In this document: positions 23,340 to 36,629 of the stretch, piece after piece
Layout: each line of letters begins with the position of its first letter
Position numbering within the stretch: the stretch's first letter is position 1
NCBI RefSeq assembly: GCF_006345805.1
Contig: NC_042997.1
Span: 112,406,001 to 112,470,000, forward strand
Origin: Octopus sinensis
Taxonomy: Eukaryota
DNA length: 64,000 nucleotides
Direction: 5' to 3'
Position numbers and translations under genes: made by a program
The notes under the pieces: model-generated
What the model was told of the DNA's origin: nothing
The model's input: only the letters and a program-made list of their open reading frames with translations
Databases searched by the model: none

Positions 23340-26300
23340 TGGGAGTTAAAAATGCGGAAACCAGGTCATGGCTCAGCAGGGTATGAAAACCATTTCCCAA
23401 AAATGCGGAACCCAGGTCATGGCTCAACAGTGAATGAAAATCATGCTACTCAATTGCATACATCAGCTGTAACAAACCCAAACTCGCAGAAATTCGATAT
23501 AGTAATGAATGAAAGCAGTTTTTTAGGCATAATCTACCAACTACAACAACAGCTGTACTCCATACAGACGACTCAGCAAAACCAGGCAACATTGATACAA
23601 AGGCTGACACCTGGACTTACAGGGCACATACAACAAATACAGACAGCCTAGCAGACCGAATATCCAGTCAGCACAGTCCCAGCAACTACAACAGTCTTGC
23701 CAACAATAGGGCAGATGTATCCGGTACAACAAGCATAATAACAGCAAATATCCAGGGTCTTTATCCGAAAACAAAACAGTGTAAAGTCCCTTTCTTGGAA
23801 GAATTAGCAAGAGAAAACAACTCCAAAATAATTGGAATTACTGAAAGTCATCTCAACGAAAACATCCGCAACAGCGAAATCACAATCAATAGATTCAACA
23901 TCTTCAGATGTGATAGACAAGGCAGATCCCATGGGGGTGTTATCATGTATATCCATGATACCTATGCATGCATAGAACTTGTCAATGAATCAAATGCCTA
24001 CTGCAACCTGCTGTGCATAAAAATCATCCAACTTAATACAGTTGTGACAATAATGTACAGACCGCCAAACAGCCCAACATTATCCTTCACTGAGCCACGG
24101 ACGAAGCTCCAACAAATTCTGGGAAACATGGCAAGTCCAATGCCAGACATTATCCTCCTTGGTGACTTCAACTTCCCTAACATCATCTGGCCACATGGAC
24201 ACATACTAAAACTGGGGACAAAAGCTGAACAAATACAGGCAGCCAAACTGTTGGAAGTCACAGAGAAATTATACCTCAAACAAATGATGACAGAAGCAAC
24301 AAGAAATAATAATACGATCGACTTGGTTTTCACCAACAACGAGGACACGCTATTTGACCTTCACTCAACCCCAACAATCCTTTCAGACCACAATATTATT
24401 GAAATGCATTTACACATTGGTAATGAGCCCAATGCCACAACTCTTAAACAAAAGGACATGCCAAAGCTATGCAGGTATGATTATCACCAGGCAAATTGGG
24501 AAACTATTAACAACCAGTTACAAATCATTGACTGGGATCTCTACCTTACTGGGCCAGATAAACACAAGAAATTCTTAAACAAGATCGAAGAAATATGTGA
24601 AAAAAATGTTCCTCTAAAGAAAACCAAGTCCACAAAAAAACCTGTACCACGGGAGCGAAAGATCCTGATGCGCAAAAGGTCAAGACTAAGAAACAAAACA
24701 TCTAAGCTGACATCAAAACATGAATTACAGAAAGTCCTTGACCAAATATACAGATTAGAAGACAATCTAAAACAACACTATGATGAAGAACGTAACAATG
24801 CAGAAAAGAGAGCCATAGAAAACATCAAGAAAAATCCAAAATGTTTCTACAGTTTTGCAAAGAAATACTCGAACACCAAGTCAACAATAGGACCTCTCCA
24901 GAGACAAAATGGGGATGTAGTGAATAACCCTATTGAAATGGCAGAAATGTTGGGTCAACAGTATGAAAGTGTCTTCAGTGAGCCATCTAAAACCATGAAG
25001 ATCCATGACCCAGGAAAATTCTTCAAGGATATCGACCATACTAAACCTACCCTATCCGACATTGATTTCAACCCAGAAGACATAGCAAGAGCCATAGACA
25101 AGCTCTCCATGCACTCGGCTGCGGGGCCTGACGGTTTCAATGCCATGATACTTAAAAACTGCAAGGTACAATTGTCGAAACCCCTTTACATGATATGGAG
25201 GGAATCTATGGAGAATGGCAAAATATCAAATACATATAAAGAAGCACACATAACTCCAATACATAAAGGGGACAGCAAATCAAAACCAAAGAACTACCGA
25301 CCAATCTCACTGACATCGCACATTATCAAGGTCTTCGAAAGAATAGTTCGTGGAAAACTGGTTGAGTTCCTGGAATCCAACAATCTGATGAATTGCAACC
25401 AGCATGGATTCAGGTTAGGTAGATCATGCCTTTCCCAACTACTGGCACACCATGACCAAATCCTAGAAAATCTAGAGAATGGATACAACACAGATGTTAT
25501 CTACCTCGACTTTGCCAAGGCATTTGACAAGGTAGATCATGGCATCCTGGGTCACAAACTTCGAAAGCTAGGAGTAGGAGGAAAAGTTGGTACATGGATA
25601 CATGAGTTCCTTACAAATAGAACTCAAACAGTCACTGTGAATGGAACCCATTCAACACCATCACCTGTGACCAGCAGTGTTCCTCAGGGTACAGTACTCG
25701 GCCCAATCCTGTTTCTCATCCTCATCTCTGACATAGATGAAGATACAACCAGCAACGTCTCATCCTTTGCTGATGACACCAGGGTCATGAGACAAATCAA
25801 AGACGAGGTGGATACAGAGGCCTTACAAAAGGACCCGACCACCATATATAAATGGCAGGAAACAAACAACATGTTGTTCAATGATAAGAAGTTTGAACTA
25901 ATTCGCTACGGAACAGATCAAGATCTGAAAAATACAACAAACTACAGAAACCCATCAGGACAACAAATAATGGAAAGTATGTGAAAGATTTAGGCATCCA
26001 CATGGGAACCAACCTAAAATTCAGAGAACACCTTGACTCAGTCTGTCTTACTGCAAGAAAGTACAGCGGGTGGATCTTGCGCACCTTCAAATCAAGAGAT
26101 ACCTCAACAATGAAAACCCTCTGGAACAGTATGATACTTCCGAGGATTGACTACTGTTCTCAGTTGTGGTCACCATCAACAAAGGGCCAACTATCTAAGA
26201 TAGAATCGCTCCAAAGAAATTTTACCTCATACTTCTCAGAAACGAGGGACCTGGACTATTGGCAAAGACGCAAAACCTTGAGGATGTACTCAATAGAAAG

Positions 26301-26762
26301 AAGATTTGAGCGATACCGAATTATATACATTTGGAAAATGATAGAGCAGAAGGTGCCAAACTTTGGTATCAAAACCTACCACTCACTGCGCCACGGAAGA
26401 CGCTGCCAGCTGCCACCAATCAACAAAAAGGCTGGCCAGACAGCAAAAACCCTGCGAGAATCAAGTCTGTTGGTTCGAGGAGCACAACTGTTCAACTCCA
26501 TTGCGGTACATGTCAGAAATCTATCAGGATGCAGTGTGGAATCATTCAAATTGCAACTGGATAGATACTTAAGCACCATTAGAGATGAACCCCATCTCCC
26601 AGGATATACACAACGAACACAAACTGACTCAAACTCGCTCCTACACATGTCAAAATTAAGCAGAGAATACAACCTGGCAACCACACCAGACTCTGAGGGT
26701 GGAGTCTTCGACTTGGCCTGAGCATGGACTCAAACCCAAATGAAATGAAATGAAATGAAATG
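23340..26762 (+). mobile_element. CR1/L2-group LINE: ORF1 tail plus near-intact APE-RT ORF2, (GAAAT)n tail
   Basis: ORF2 frame is open from 23513 (TANIQGL, TESHL, GDFN, SDH, YRPISLTS, DFAKAFD, FADD). One frameshift at about 25980, then QLWSP and ERYRIIY to TGA at 26721. Tail (tgaaa)4. Confidence 0.93.
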
Positions 26763-28226
26763 GATCAAAACAGTTTGATTCAAGTTCATAGGTACTCTTG
26801 AGTCTCAAATTCAAAATGACTAACGACAAGCATCGTACTTGAAACTCAAGAGTAACAACAAATTTGAATCAAACTGCTTTGATTCATATATATATCCTTA
26901 TAAAGAGCAAAGTTTGTTTGTTTGTATGTTGACCGCTGAAAACACTAAATAAAATTGATAATATTTCAGGTTTTTTGTGTCAGTTAAATTAACTTGAACA
27001 TTCTGCATATAACTGTGCACTTATTTTCCACAAACAGAATGGGGAGGGGATGAGTTGGTGGCATATTGGGTCCTATTTCTAGCAATCCATGTAATGTCTA
27101 TTTCACTGTAATTTTTGGACTTGGGTCCTGCAAAACATTCTACTCCTAAATCTTTGTTACATTAACCATATAAACAAAGCAAGAACAGGCTACATTGTAA
27201 TGGCATGGAGTCATATAATATGTAATAAAGACACGCCAAATGTTGATATTGTCAATGCATTTAATACACATGTTTCAAGTAATTATGTAAGAAAAAATTT
27301 TCTCTTATGCAATATCTTCCTCAGTTAAAATATTTCAAAATCAAAATGTAAATCATCATCATCATCGTTTAATGTCCGCTTTCCATGCTAGCATGGGTTG
27401 GACGATTTGACTGGCGAACCAGATGGCTGCACCAGGCTCCAATCTGATCTGGCAGAGTTTCTACAGCCCTTCCTAACGCCAACCACTATACAGCTTTTGA
27501 CCAGGCCGTGTCAACAGAACCCTCCAACAAGAAGAAAAGAAGGGAAGTAATTAGAAGGAAAAAAATAGTGTTTATAGAGAGGGAAAGACATTAGAAAGAA
27601 AGGGAGTAAGTATGTAAGGAAAAGAGGAACAGATAAAAAGGAAGAACTAGATTATAGGAGCAAGGAAGAAGGGGTCAAATAAATAAGTACATTAATAAAA
27701 AAATAAATGGATGAAAGGACAATATATCAGTATGTTGAGTGGGTAAGGGGAGAAAGGCAAGTGAAGAAAAGGGAAAAAGGCACAGCAGAAGCAAGAGATG
27801 AAAAGATAGGGAAGAAGAGACGGTGAGAGAAAAAGGAAAAAGGAAGATGTGGATGGGGGAAGGAAAATAAGAGGAAATCAAGTAAAGGCCAGACAAAATG
27901 AAAAGAATACTGGAAACAGATAAAAGATTTGGTTCATGGTTGTATCAACTGTGTTACCATGTTGAGCAAACCATGATACTGAAGTCACACACTGATTGGT
28001 TGAAATAGTGTTTATAAGATACAGCATACAGGAGCCTATCAGAAAGTTGTCAAATATGAAGCACATTAGCTGTTTATTAATGCTGTTACTATATGAAGAT
28101 TGTTATAAAGTATGAAAGTACTTGTAATATTGTAAAATAATAAAATACAAAAATAAATTGTGAAAATGAGACTATGATGGTGAGTGATCAATATATTTAT
28201 CGATGTACAGTTTTACACACCTTCAG

Positions 28227-28281
<55 letters not shown>

Positions 28282-28489
28282 TCTCTTTTTTTTAATTTCC
28301 TATTGGTCCTATGGATTTTTCCCCCTAGTCTTGGAGGATATGGCAAGTCATTGAGCAGTAAAACTTTTACATCTAATTAATTGGATCCAATCCATGCCCC
28401 CAAGAAAAACAGACATTGATGATGATAATGATTGGACATGTGCAAGAGGCCCCTGTTAGCACAAACCTTTTCAGTTGCTACCCACTTGC

Positions 28490-29010
28490 TCTTCCCAACC
28501 AACCCACAACAGCTACAGTCAATGTAGGTACAATGAAAGATCAATCTGATGAGATCGATGAAATGCTGCAATGGAGTAATGTAGATGTGTGTTGTGTGCA
28601 AGAGATAAGATGGAAAGGAGTCTCAGCTAGATTTCTCACAGGTGAGAAACAGAGATATAAATTCTTCTGGATGGGCAGTAGTGATGGTGTGAGAGATGTA
28701 GGCATACTTTTGGCAGAGAAACGAATAGATAAGGTAGTAGAGTGTGTGAGAGAATAATGAAATTTAAATCTTGGCAACATATATATATATATGTAGTAAG
28801 GAGAGAAGCAGAAAGGAAGAGGTTTGCCAATGTTCTGCAGCATGAGGATCAGGGGGCATGAGGGGTTCTGGGTTGCATGACAGTGTGCCAGAGGAAACCA
28901 TGATGATGTAAGAGAGAAGTGTGTAGATATGGATCATGCACTCAGTGATTCTGAAAAGAAAGAGGCATGGAAGTGTTACCACGAAGGACTGCTAAATCTG
29001 GAGAATTCAT
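28490..29010 (+). mobile_element. RTE APE N-terminal fragments
   Basis: TVNVGTMKDQS...DVCCVQEIRWKG...YKFFWMGSSDGVRDVGIL, then ALSDSEKKEAWKCYHEGLLN. Confidence 0.8.
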
Positions 29011-29892
29011 CTCCGGCTTTCCTTTTGCACTCATGCTCACCCACTCACCCTATCCAATCGTTTGTACCACTTCATTTATATACCCTTCTCTGTACACACG
29101 AGGGAACATTCTGACACATCTTCACCATCTTCTCTCTTTCTTTCTCCTTTCTTTCTCTCTCTCCCTGACTGAGATAGACATGTATCTTCTCTGTTGAAAG
29201 ATCCCTACTTTTGTCCCTCTGTTCATACTCTAACCTCTCATAACCTAGCACAAAGCCACCTCCCTCAGTTGAGGAGGTCTTGTCCTTAAAGGCACTTGAC
29301 AATCTCACTGGTACCATAAGAAAACATGCACCCAGTACACTCTGTAACATGACTGGCTTTAGCAAGGACATCCAGACGTAGAAACCAGGTCAAAGCAGAC
29401 AGTGGAGCCTGGTGCTGCCCTCTGGCTTGCCAGCTCCTGGCAAACAGACATTAAATAATGATGATGATACAAGAGGCTTCTTTCAGTTTCTGTCTACCAA
29501 GTCTATGCACAAGGCATTGATAGGCCCATGGCTATAGTAGAAGATGCCTGCCCAGGATGCCATGCAGTGGGACTGAACCCAAGACAACACGGTTGGAAAG
29601 CAAGCTTCTTTACTGTTATGTATGACCAGTAATTCCTGGTTCAAAGAAACTAATTTCCAGTCCCAGTCCGAAGCAGTAAGGTATCACATAGTGTTAGCCA
29701 TGATATTCTCAATTCAACGTATGCTATTCAAAATGGCCACTCTCTCTCTCTCTCAGCATCAAATGCGCATGCCCTTTATATCATGGGAAGTCACTCAAAT
29801 CACAACACAATTTGCATAACATTTACCAAACAGCCACACTTGCACCTAACAACAGTCAACTCGATCCTAACGACTCTCAACTAAGCGATTAA

Positions 29893-30276
29893 TCTCTATA
29901 TACATAAAGCTGAATTTGTCTGTGTATGGCAGGTTTGATAGCCTTCAACTAACACTATCTCCTCTGAGACCCTGCAGCGCAAGTTGACCAAAATTGAGAG
30001 CATGATAGAAGAAAGCTTACTCTTCTTTCTGTAGAAGAAAAAATTCAAATCGGACCATGTTAAGACCAAAAATTATTTACATCAAAAAGGTGCTTTTATT
30101 CTATGAAAATCCCTATTTTTTACAATTTTTTGGCTGCTGTGTCGCCATTTTTCGGTGTATTTCAACCAGAAAAAATGTTCACTTAAAGAGCTACATAAAG
30201 CAAAATTTTTCCTTTTCAAAAATTCCAATTCTAAAGTGTCGAAACAAACCCGAGCAATGCTGGGCGATACTGCTAG
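29893..30276 (+). mobile_element. Non-autonomous Helitron (same family), ends about 42 bp from a HYDIN donor
   Basis: A|TCTCTATATAC ... cccgagcaatgctgggcgatactgCTAG|T. Confidence 0.92.
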
Positions 30277-30318
30277 TATTTATATAATTAAAGATGAATG
30301 TGCAAAATGATTACATAC

Positions 30319-30576
30319 TTTGGTTCCTTCCAAGTACTTCATTATGGTATTTCAATTCCAGCATTGGATCCAGATAAATGTCATCAAATGTAATTTCTTC
30401 AAAGTAACCTTCGCCAATCAAATATATCGTGGTAGTCTCATATGGATTGTCATGAACCACCAGCTGCACATGGCCGTGACTTTTGACAGCTTCTTTGGGT
30501 TGAAAAGTCACATCAAATTCAGCTTTCTCGTTACAATCAAGGCTGACTGATGCAGTATGCAGCTGTTTTTTAACAG
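30319..30576 (-). CDS. HYDIN: HYDIN exon (VKKQLHTASVSLDCNEKAEFDVTF...DNPYETTTIYLIGEGYFEEITFDDI...)
   Basis: tag|CT acceptor, A|gtatgt donor, 258 nt. Resembles human NNQYEETSIHMVGEGYEDDITLDNI. Confidence 0.92.
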
Positions 30577-31039
30577 CTAAAATATATAAAACGTAAAACA
30601 ATCTTTTCCAGAGAATTCAGTGAAATTGGTTTAAAATGAAACAAAAATAAATATTAAACAACTTTTAACTGTTAAATCATCAACATTTTTATGATTTTTT
30701 AACATTTTTATGATTTTTCATGTTTACTTTTCCATGCTGTTATTATAATAATATGTCTACTTTCCTTATTGGCAGGGTTGTTCCTCTTCTCCTACCCAGG
30801 TTAAGGGACCACATCTGGTTCATAACTTTTATTTTTGGCTTGGTTTCTATGGTGAAATGCCCTTTCTAATACCAACCATTTTACAGAATGTACTGGATTC
30901 ATTTTATCATGACACCAGCACTAGGGAGGTTCATATACAAATCTAAAGGGTTCTCACAGCACTAAACAACAACTGAGTGTACTGGGTGCCTTTTGTTTTT
31001 CATAACACTAGAACTAGATAATACAGTTCTATATTTAAG

Positions 31040-31205
31040 AGATGAGGAATTATGTACATTATTTACATTTGATGGATATTTATCCTCATCTTGTTTGTTG
31101 TTAACACGACGTTCGGCTGATATACTTTCCAGCCTTCATCAAGTGTCTTGGGAAAATTTTGAATCTGGGTTCTCATTCCTAAGGTATTTTTCGATGTTAT
31201 TATAT
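31040..31205 (-). mobile_element. Penelope-like terminal-repeat fragment with a degenerate hammerhead motif
   Basis: Minus strand reads acacTTGATGAa-GGCTG-gaaagtatat-CAGCC-GAACgtc. Family assignment is inferred from the motif. Confidence 0.55.
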
Positions 31206-31855
31206 ATGAAAGGTTGCTCAATAAAGAAAATGAATGGGAGAAAGAGAGTCTGCTGAATGTCGACCTAACAAAAGAATCAGCTACCCGAGTTGACAGTACC
31301 TTGGTAGAAAAAGCAATTAAGAGTATGAAGACAGGGAAAGCCCTCAGCCCATCAGGAATCACTGCAGAGGTACTCAAAATACGTGGCAGTGTCGGCTATA
31401 GCTTAGTCACCCGTATAGTTAATCAGGTGATACACGAAGGAGTCATACCTAATGACTGGTGTAGCAGCACCATAGTCAACTGCTACAAAGGTAAAGGTGA
31501 CACTTTAGATACAAATAATTACAGAGGTATCAAGTTGTTGGATCAGGTAACGAAGGTCATGGAGAGGGTCATAGCCCAACTAATTAGGGAGAAAGTCACT
31601 TTAGATGAGATGCAGTTTGGGTTCGTGCCAGGGAAAAGCATCATTGATGCTATATTTCTGGAAAGATTGCTGCAGGAGAAATACCAAGTCAAAGATAAAC
31701 CTCTGTACCTGGCTTTTGTTGACATGGAGAAAGCTTTTGACAGGGTCCCCCGATTCTTTATCAGGTGGTCAATGTGGAAACTAGGGATAGATGAATGATT
31801 AGTGACAGCTGTGCAAGCCATGTACAGGGACATTGTCAGTAAGGTGAGAGTTGAA
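31205..31855 (+). mobile_element. RTE RT fragment
   Basis: ORF 31214-31798 is highly similar to 6165-6750. Confidence 0.9.
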
Positions 31856-33024
31856 TACTGTTACAAAAGGTTTTGAATACTGTTACAAAATGTTTGCCTC
31901 CTTGGCACGGCCAGAATAATCAGGAAATTATTAGATAGCTGAAAAGAATGGAAGTTCTGGAAGCTAGTCCTTGCTTAATTAATCACTGCTTATGCACATT
32001 AACCCTTTATTACCAGACCGGCTGAAACCAGCTCTGGCTCTGTAGTACAAATGTCTTGTTTTCAAAAGTTCTGAATTAGTCACCATTTATGTTCCTAACA
32101 CTAGTTTAATGATAACTAAGTTATTCAACTAACTTCTTTGTTATATTTAAAATTAATTGAAAGAAACACAGAGCATCTCAAAATAATACAGTAACGAAAG
32201 GGTTAAAATATATAATAGAGAAACAATTCTTAACCTTTTCGATACCAACCTGCCTGAAACTGCCTCTGGCTTTGTAGTACGAATGTCTTGTTTTCATAAG
32301 TTCTCAATTAAAATCTTCCACCAAACCTTAGTCACAATTTATGTTCCTAACACTAGCTGAATGATAACTAAGTTATTTTACTAAATTCTTTGTTATATTT
32401 AAAGTAATTGAAAGAAACACAGAACATCTCAACAGAAATACAGTAACGAAAGGGTTAAGATTGCAGAAAAATATCTGCTTTGGATTATTGCTCCAAATCT
32501 ATGGCTCACTTCCAGTGCTTGTGATGCTTCCTCAACCAAAAGGAAGTGGAAGCTACTGTGAAGAATTTCTTCACCACAAAGGACAAGAACTGGTGTCAAT
32601 GTGGAATCAAAGAACTGACAGAAAGGTAGTTTCAGATGGTGCAACACAATGGCCTCTACTTTGAATGTTAGGCTGTGTTTGTTTTTCTTTTTGTAACTTG
32701 GGAAATAAAGCGAATATATTTCTTTACTACCCACAAGGAGCTAAACACAGAGAGGACAAACAAGGACAGACAAAGGAATTAAGTCAATTACATTGACCCC
32801 AGTGCATAACTGGTACTTAATTTATCGACCCCGAAAGGATAAAAGGCAAAGTTGACCTCAGCGGAATTTGAACTCGGAATGTAGTGGCAGACGAAATATG
32901 GCTATGCATTTTGCCCATCATGCTAACGTTTCTGCCAGCTCGCCACCTAAATAAAGCGAATAAGTTACCAAAATATTGCAAAATGTTTGACTCAGTACAA
33001 TAAAGAAACTTAAGAAAAACTTAC

Positions 33025-33121
33025 ATTGTTCAGATTGTTGGGTGAATTCATCAACCTTAAGTTGGTTAACGACTGGTTTCAGTGAGAAGACATCTTCTGA
33101 GTCAATCAAATCAAGATCAAC
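33025..33121 (-). CDS. HYDIN: HYDIN exon (VDLDLIDSEDVFSLKPVVNQLKVDEFTQQSEQ)
   Basis: tag|GTT acceptor, T|gtaagt donor, 97 nt. Phase 1 matches the next exon; resembles human VDLQDELGVFSLK. Confidence 0.85.
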
Positions 33122-34483
33122 CTAACAAGAGATTGTCATTACAGTGGTTATTTGCATAAATTAATTACAAACAGCAGAGGAAATGAAGAATTTTGAAAAT
33201 ATCGATATGTTATAGATTTAGAATGAATTTGATTGTAATTAATTATTTGTTACTCATTAATCAATAATTTGATTAATAACAAGCAAAACATTGTCCTCAT
33301 CATTTAACATCCATGTTCCATGTTGGTATGAATAGGATGGTTTGACAAGATCTGATGCATCCAACAACTGCATCATGTTCCAATATTTACTTTGGCTGGT
33401 TTCTAAGGCTGGTTGCCCATCATAATGCCAACCACTTTACAATGTGTACTGGGTGCTTTTTTAATTTTCTTGGCACTAGTGCTCATCATCATCATCATTT
33501 AACGTCCGCTTTCCATGCTAGCATGGGTTGGACGATTTTGACTGAGGACTGGCGAACTAGATAGCTGCGTCAGGCTCAATCTGATCTGGCAGAGTTTCTA
33601 CAGCTGGATGCCCTTCCTAACACCAACCACTCCAAGAGTGTAGTGGGTGCTTTTTATGTGCCACCGGTACGGGGGCCAGTCAGGCGGTACTGGCGATGAC
33701 CTCACTCGAATCTTTTTACACATGCCACCGGCACAGGTGCTAGTAAGGCAACGTTGGTTAGCTCATGACTAAGATTTCTTTTGAACGAGTCAGGGAGGTT
33801 ACAGGTGACAGTAGAAATGATGTGAGAGACACACAATGCCAAGGATAGAGTCAGAAGTACATAGAGGTGGAAATGATAGGGGGGGTCTATCACTGGCAGA
33901 TATGAGAGCGGTGAAAGTGGATGAAAGACGTTTCAGTAAGAAAAAAGGGTGGTAAAGGATAACATTAAGAATGCAGGTGACAAAAGTAAGTGGTTCCAGG
34001 GAGAGTGATGTCTGGTTACACAACAAGGGAATGAAATATGTGCAGTTCTGCTCTTATATAGTTACAGCAGCTAAGTGAATAATGCTGTAGAGAGAAGAGT
34101 GATGGAAGGGTGAGACTTGGGTGCAAGGGTACAAACTGGTTGCAGGGGTACAAAATGGAAGCTAAAAGAGTCCTTATTTTCATAATGTAAATAACAATGT
34201 ACTTTGTAGATTCCTTGCTTTAAGAATAATGTGCAAAAGAAATCAACAAAAGTGTTACAAAGTTAAAAGCATTATCAAAATTGTTGCTGCCATGAGCACC
34301 ATTGCTGGCATCAGCCATATCGTGGGTGTTGTTGTAAACAAGAGTAAAAGATGATGCAAAATAGCTTTTTTTGAAAAATATTTTGTTTTCTTAAAAATTA
34401 TAGGAAAAATTAATATTGTAATTTCGTTTTGGGATTTGGTTTGCAATATTCTTCATATGAATTTGTGTGTTGAAGCATATTCT

Positions 34484-34733
34484 GTTGTGTCTCGGGAGAG
34501 TCATCTTCTTTTTGTGCCTTATAATTTAACACACTCACCAGTTAAATTTCCACTTATTTCTTATTTTTATTTTCTTAAAATTTTCATAGCATCTTGCAAC
34601 CTTTTCAAAAGTCTTGAAAATGTTGCAAGATGCAATGAAAGTTTTAGGAAAATAAAAATAAGAGGAAATTTTACCAGTGTGTGTGTGTTAAATTATAAGG
34701 CACAAAAAGAAAATTACTCTTCCCAGACACAAC
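34484..34733. repeat. Hairpin-type MITE (about 120-bp arms, almost no spacer)
   Basis: gttgtgtct.gg.agagt..ttctttttgtgccttataatttaacacac... pairs with ...gtgtgttaaattataaggcacaaaaagaaaattactcttcccagacacaac. Confidence 0.8.
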
Positions 34734-36401
34734 TTAATATTGTAAAACATTACAATATTCAAAAAGAAACTGATACAAAACAAACAAATATCATTTTCAA
34801 AACGGCAAGAAAATTAGCATTAAGAAATAGCAATGTAACTTTGAAAAGCCAAATAAGGGGAGGGAGAGAGAGAGATAGAGAGAGGGAGAGAAATACACTT
34901 CATGACTTTAGATACTGCTAATATTATGAACTTTCTATCTCTTGTGAGGTACCATTTACCAACTACACATAAATGTCACAAACTTTTTAATCACAAAATG
35001 TTAAAGTGAGCTACTCTTGTCTAGATAATATTACTTTCACAATTGCATGGTACAACTGAAAACACACATGCAATGCTGAAATCAAGCCACTCTTCCATGC
35101 GGAAGGGATTGCTGCCTTTCCTAGGTGGGATATTAAGTCAGATACATCACTGATGTACTATAATCAGTTAAACTCTTAACAAGGTTCCCTGCATAATCAA
35201 GTGGGCTGCATAACTTCCAGCTTACCTCTCTGAAAAACAATACATCTTGATGCAACCCAAAGTGTCCTTCAACAAGAAATTTGAAATGATTTTCTACTGT
35301 CATAGATGAGACTTTGAACTGGATCAGTCCCAAACAACCTGCCTGGAAAATATCACCAATGTGAAATCAGAAAGGATCAAAAAAATTTCCTCTGTTATTA
35401 ATGAATGTTAAGCTAAGAGGAGTTGCCTTTTTTGCATCTTCCAGTGATTTCCATAGCAGTTAATTTCAATTTCTATCATGTGGCCAAGAAAATCCAATGG
35501 GAACAAGGAACCACCTTTCAAGCAGAATACAGCAAACACTTCACTTGTCTCTGACATTTAAAATATCAGGCATATGTCTGATACAGCTTTATTTTCAACA
35601 TACCAACAATAAAAGACCATATCAGCTTGTATGAAGTGTATATATATATATATATATGTATGTATATATATGTAACTAAATTTGGATTGTTGGCAATTTT
35701 TTTAATCCATCTTCCTTTTCTTTCAGACTTTCCTCTGACTCCTGTTTCTGAAGAAGAGCTTTGCTCGAAATGTAAAACACCCTTTCTTTCTTCCCTGAGC
35801 GTCTTATTAATACTTTGCAGGTACAATGTCCTTGCGTTGTTGTTTTTTTGTCTTGTCTTTTTCTCCATTTTTTTTAGTTAACTATATGTATATACACACA
35901 CACACAGGTATATATTTATATAATCAACCTACAGTTTTTCATGCTTGCATGGGATGGACAGAGGTTATTGAAGCAAATTTCCTACAGTTGGATGCTCATC
36001 CTGTTGCCAACCCCAAGTAAGGGATATTTCCCCCATGACCAGGAATATTTCTCATCAAAGACTGGAAATGAACAACATCCCTTACATGATGGCAATGCTA
36101 GTTTACAATCATCATGTGATGTCTAGACAAGGATATATACACACACACACATGATGGGTTTCTTTTCGTTTCTGCCTACCAAGTTGACTAGCAATGTTTT
36201 TGTCAGTCCAGAGCTCTAGTAGAAGACAGTTGTCTAAGGTACTGCACAGTGGGACTGAATGGTTGGAAAGCAAGCTTCTGAACCACAAAGCTACGTTGGC
36301 ATCGATACCGAATGCAGTACCCCTGTGCCTATTAGTGAAAAAAAATTATGTCTATCCTCAATGGCTCTTTCTGAATGAAATGAAAATCTTATGGTACAAA
36401 C

Positions 36402-36629
36402 CTTGCAGGGAAGAGAAGCCTCATTTGTAATCACAATTTTTAATGTTTCAGAATTTCCAACAAAGTTCTGTTTGAACAGGACCACAGGTTGTCCATTCTG
36501 GTTCCGGTTGCTCGGTTGGCTGACAACAACTCTGGGCAGGACACCTTCACCGGATATTTCAAATATAAGTGATTCGGGTTTGATGCTCATAGGGGATTCT
36601 ATGGAAACCTCAAAAGTGGTCGTATACAT
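36402..36629 (-). CDS. HYDIN: HYDIN exon (MYTTTFEVSIES...GEGVLPRVVVSQP...NEASLPCK)
   Basis: cag|ATG acceptor, AAG|gtttgt donor, 228 nt. Resembles human DIAGEGNLPRVTVVRP. Confidence 0.92.
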
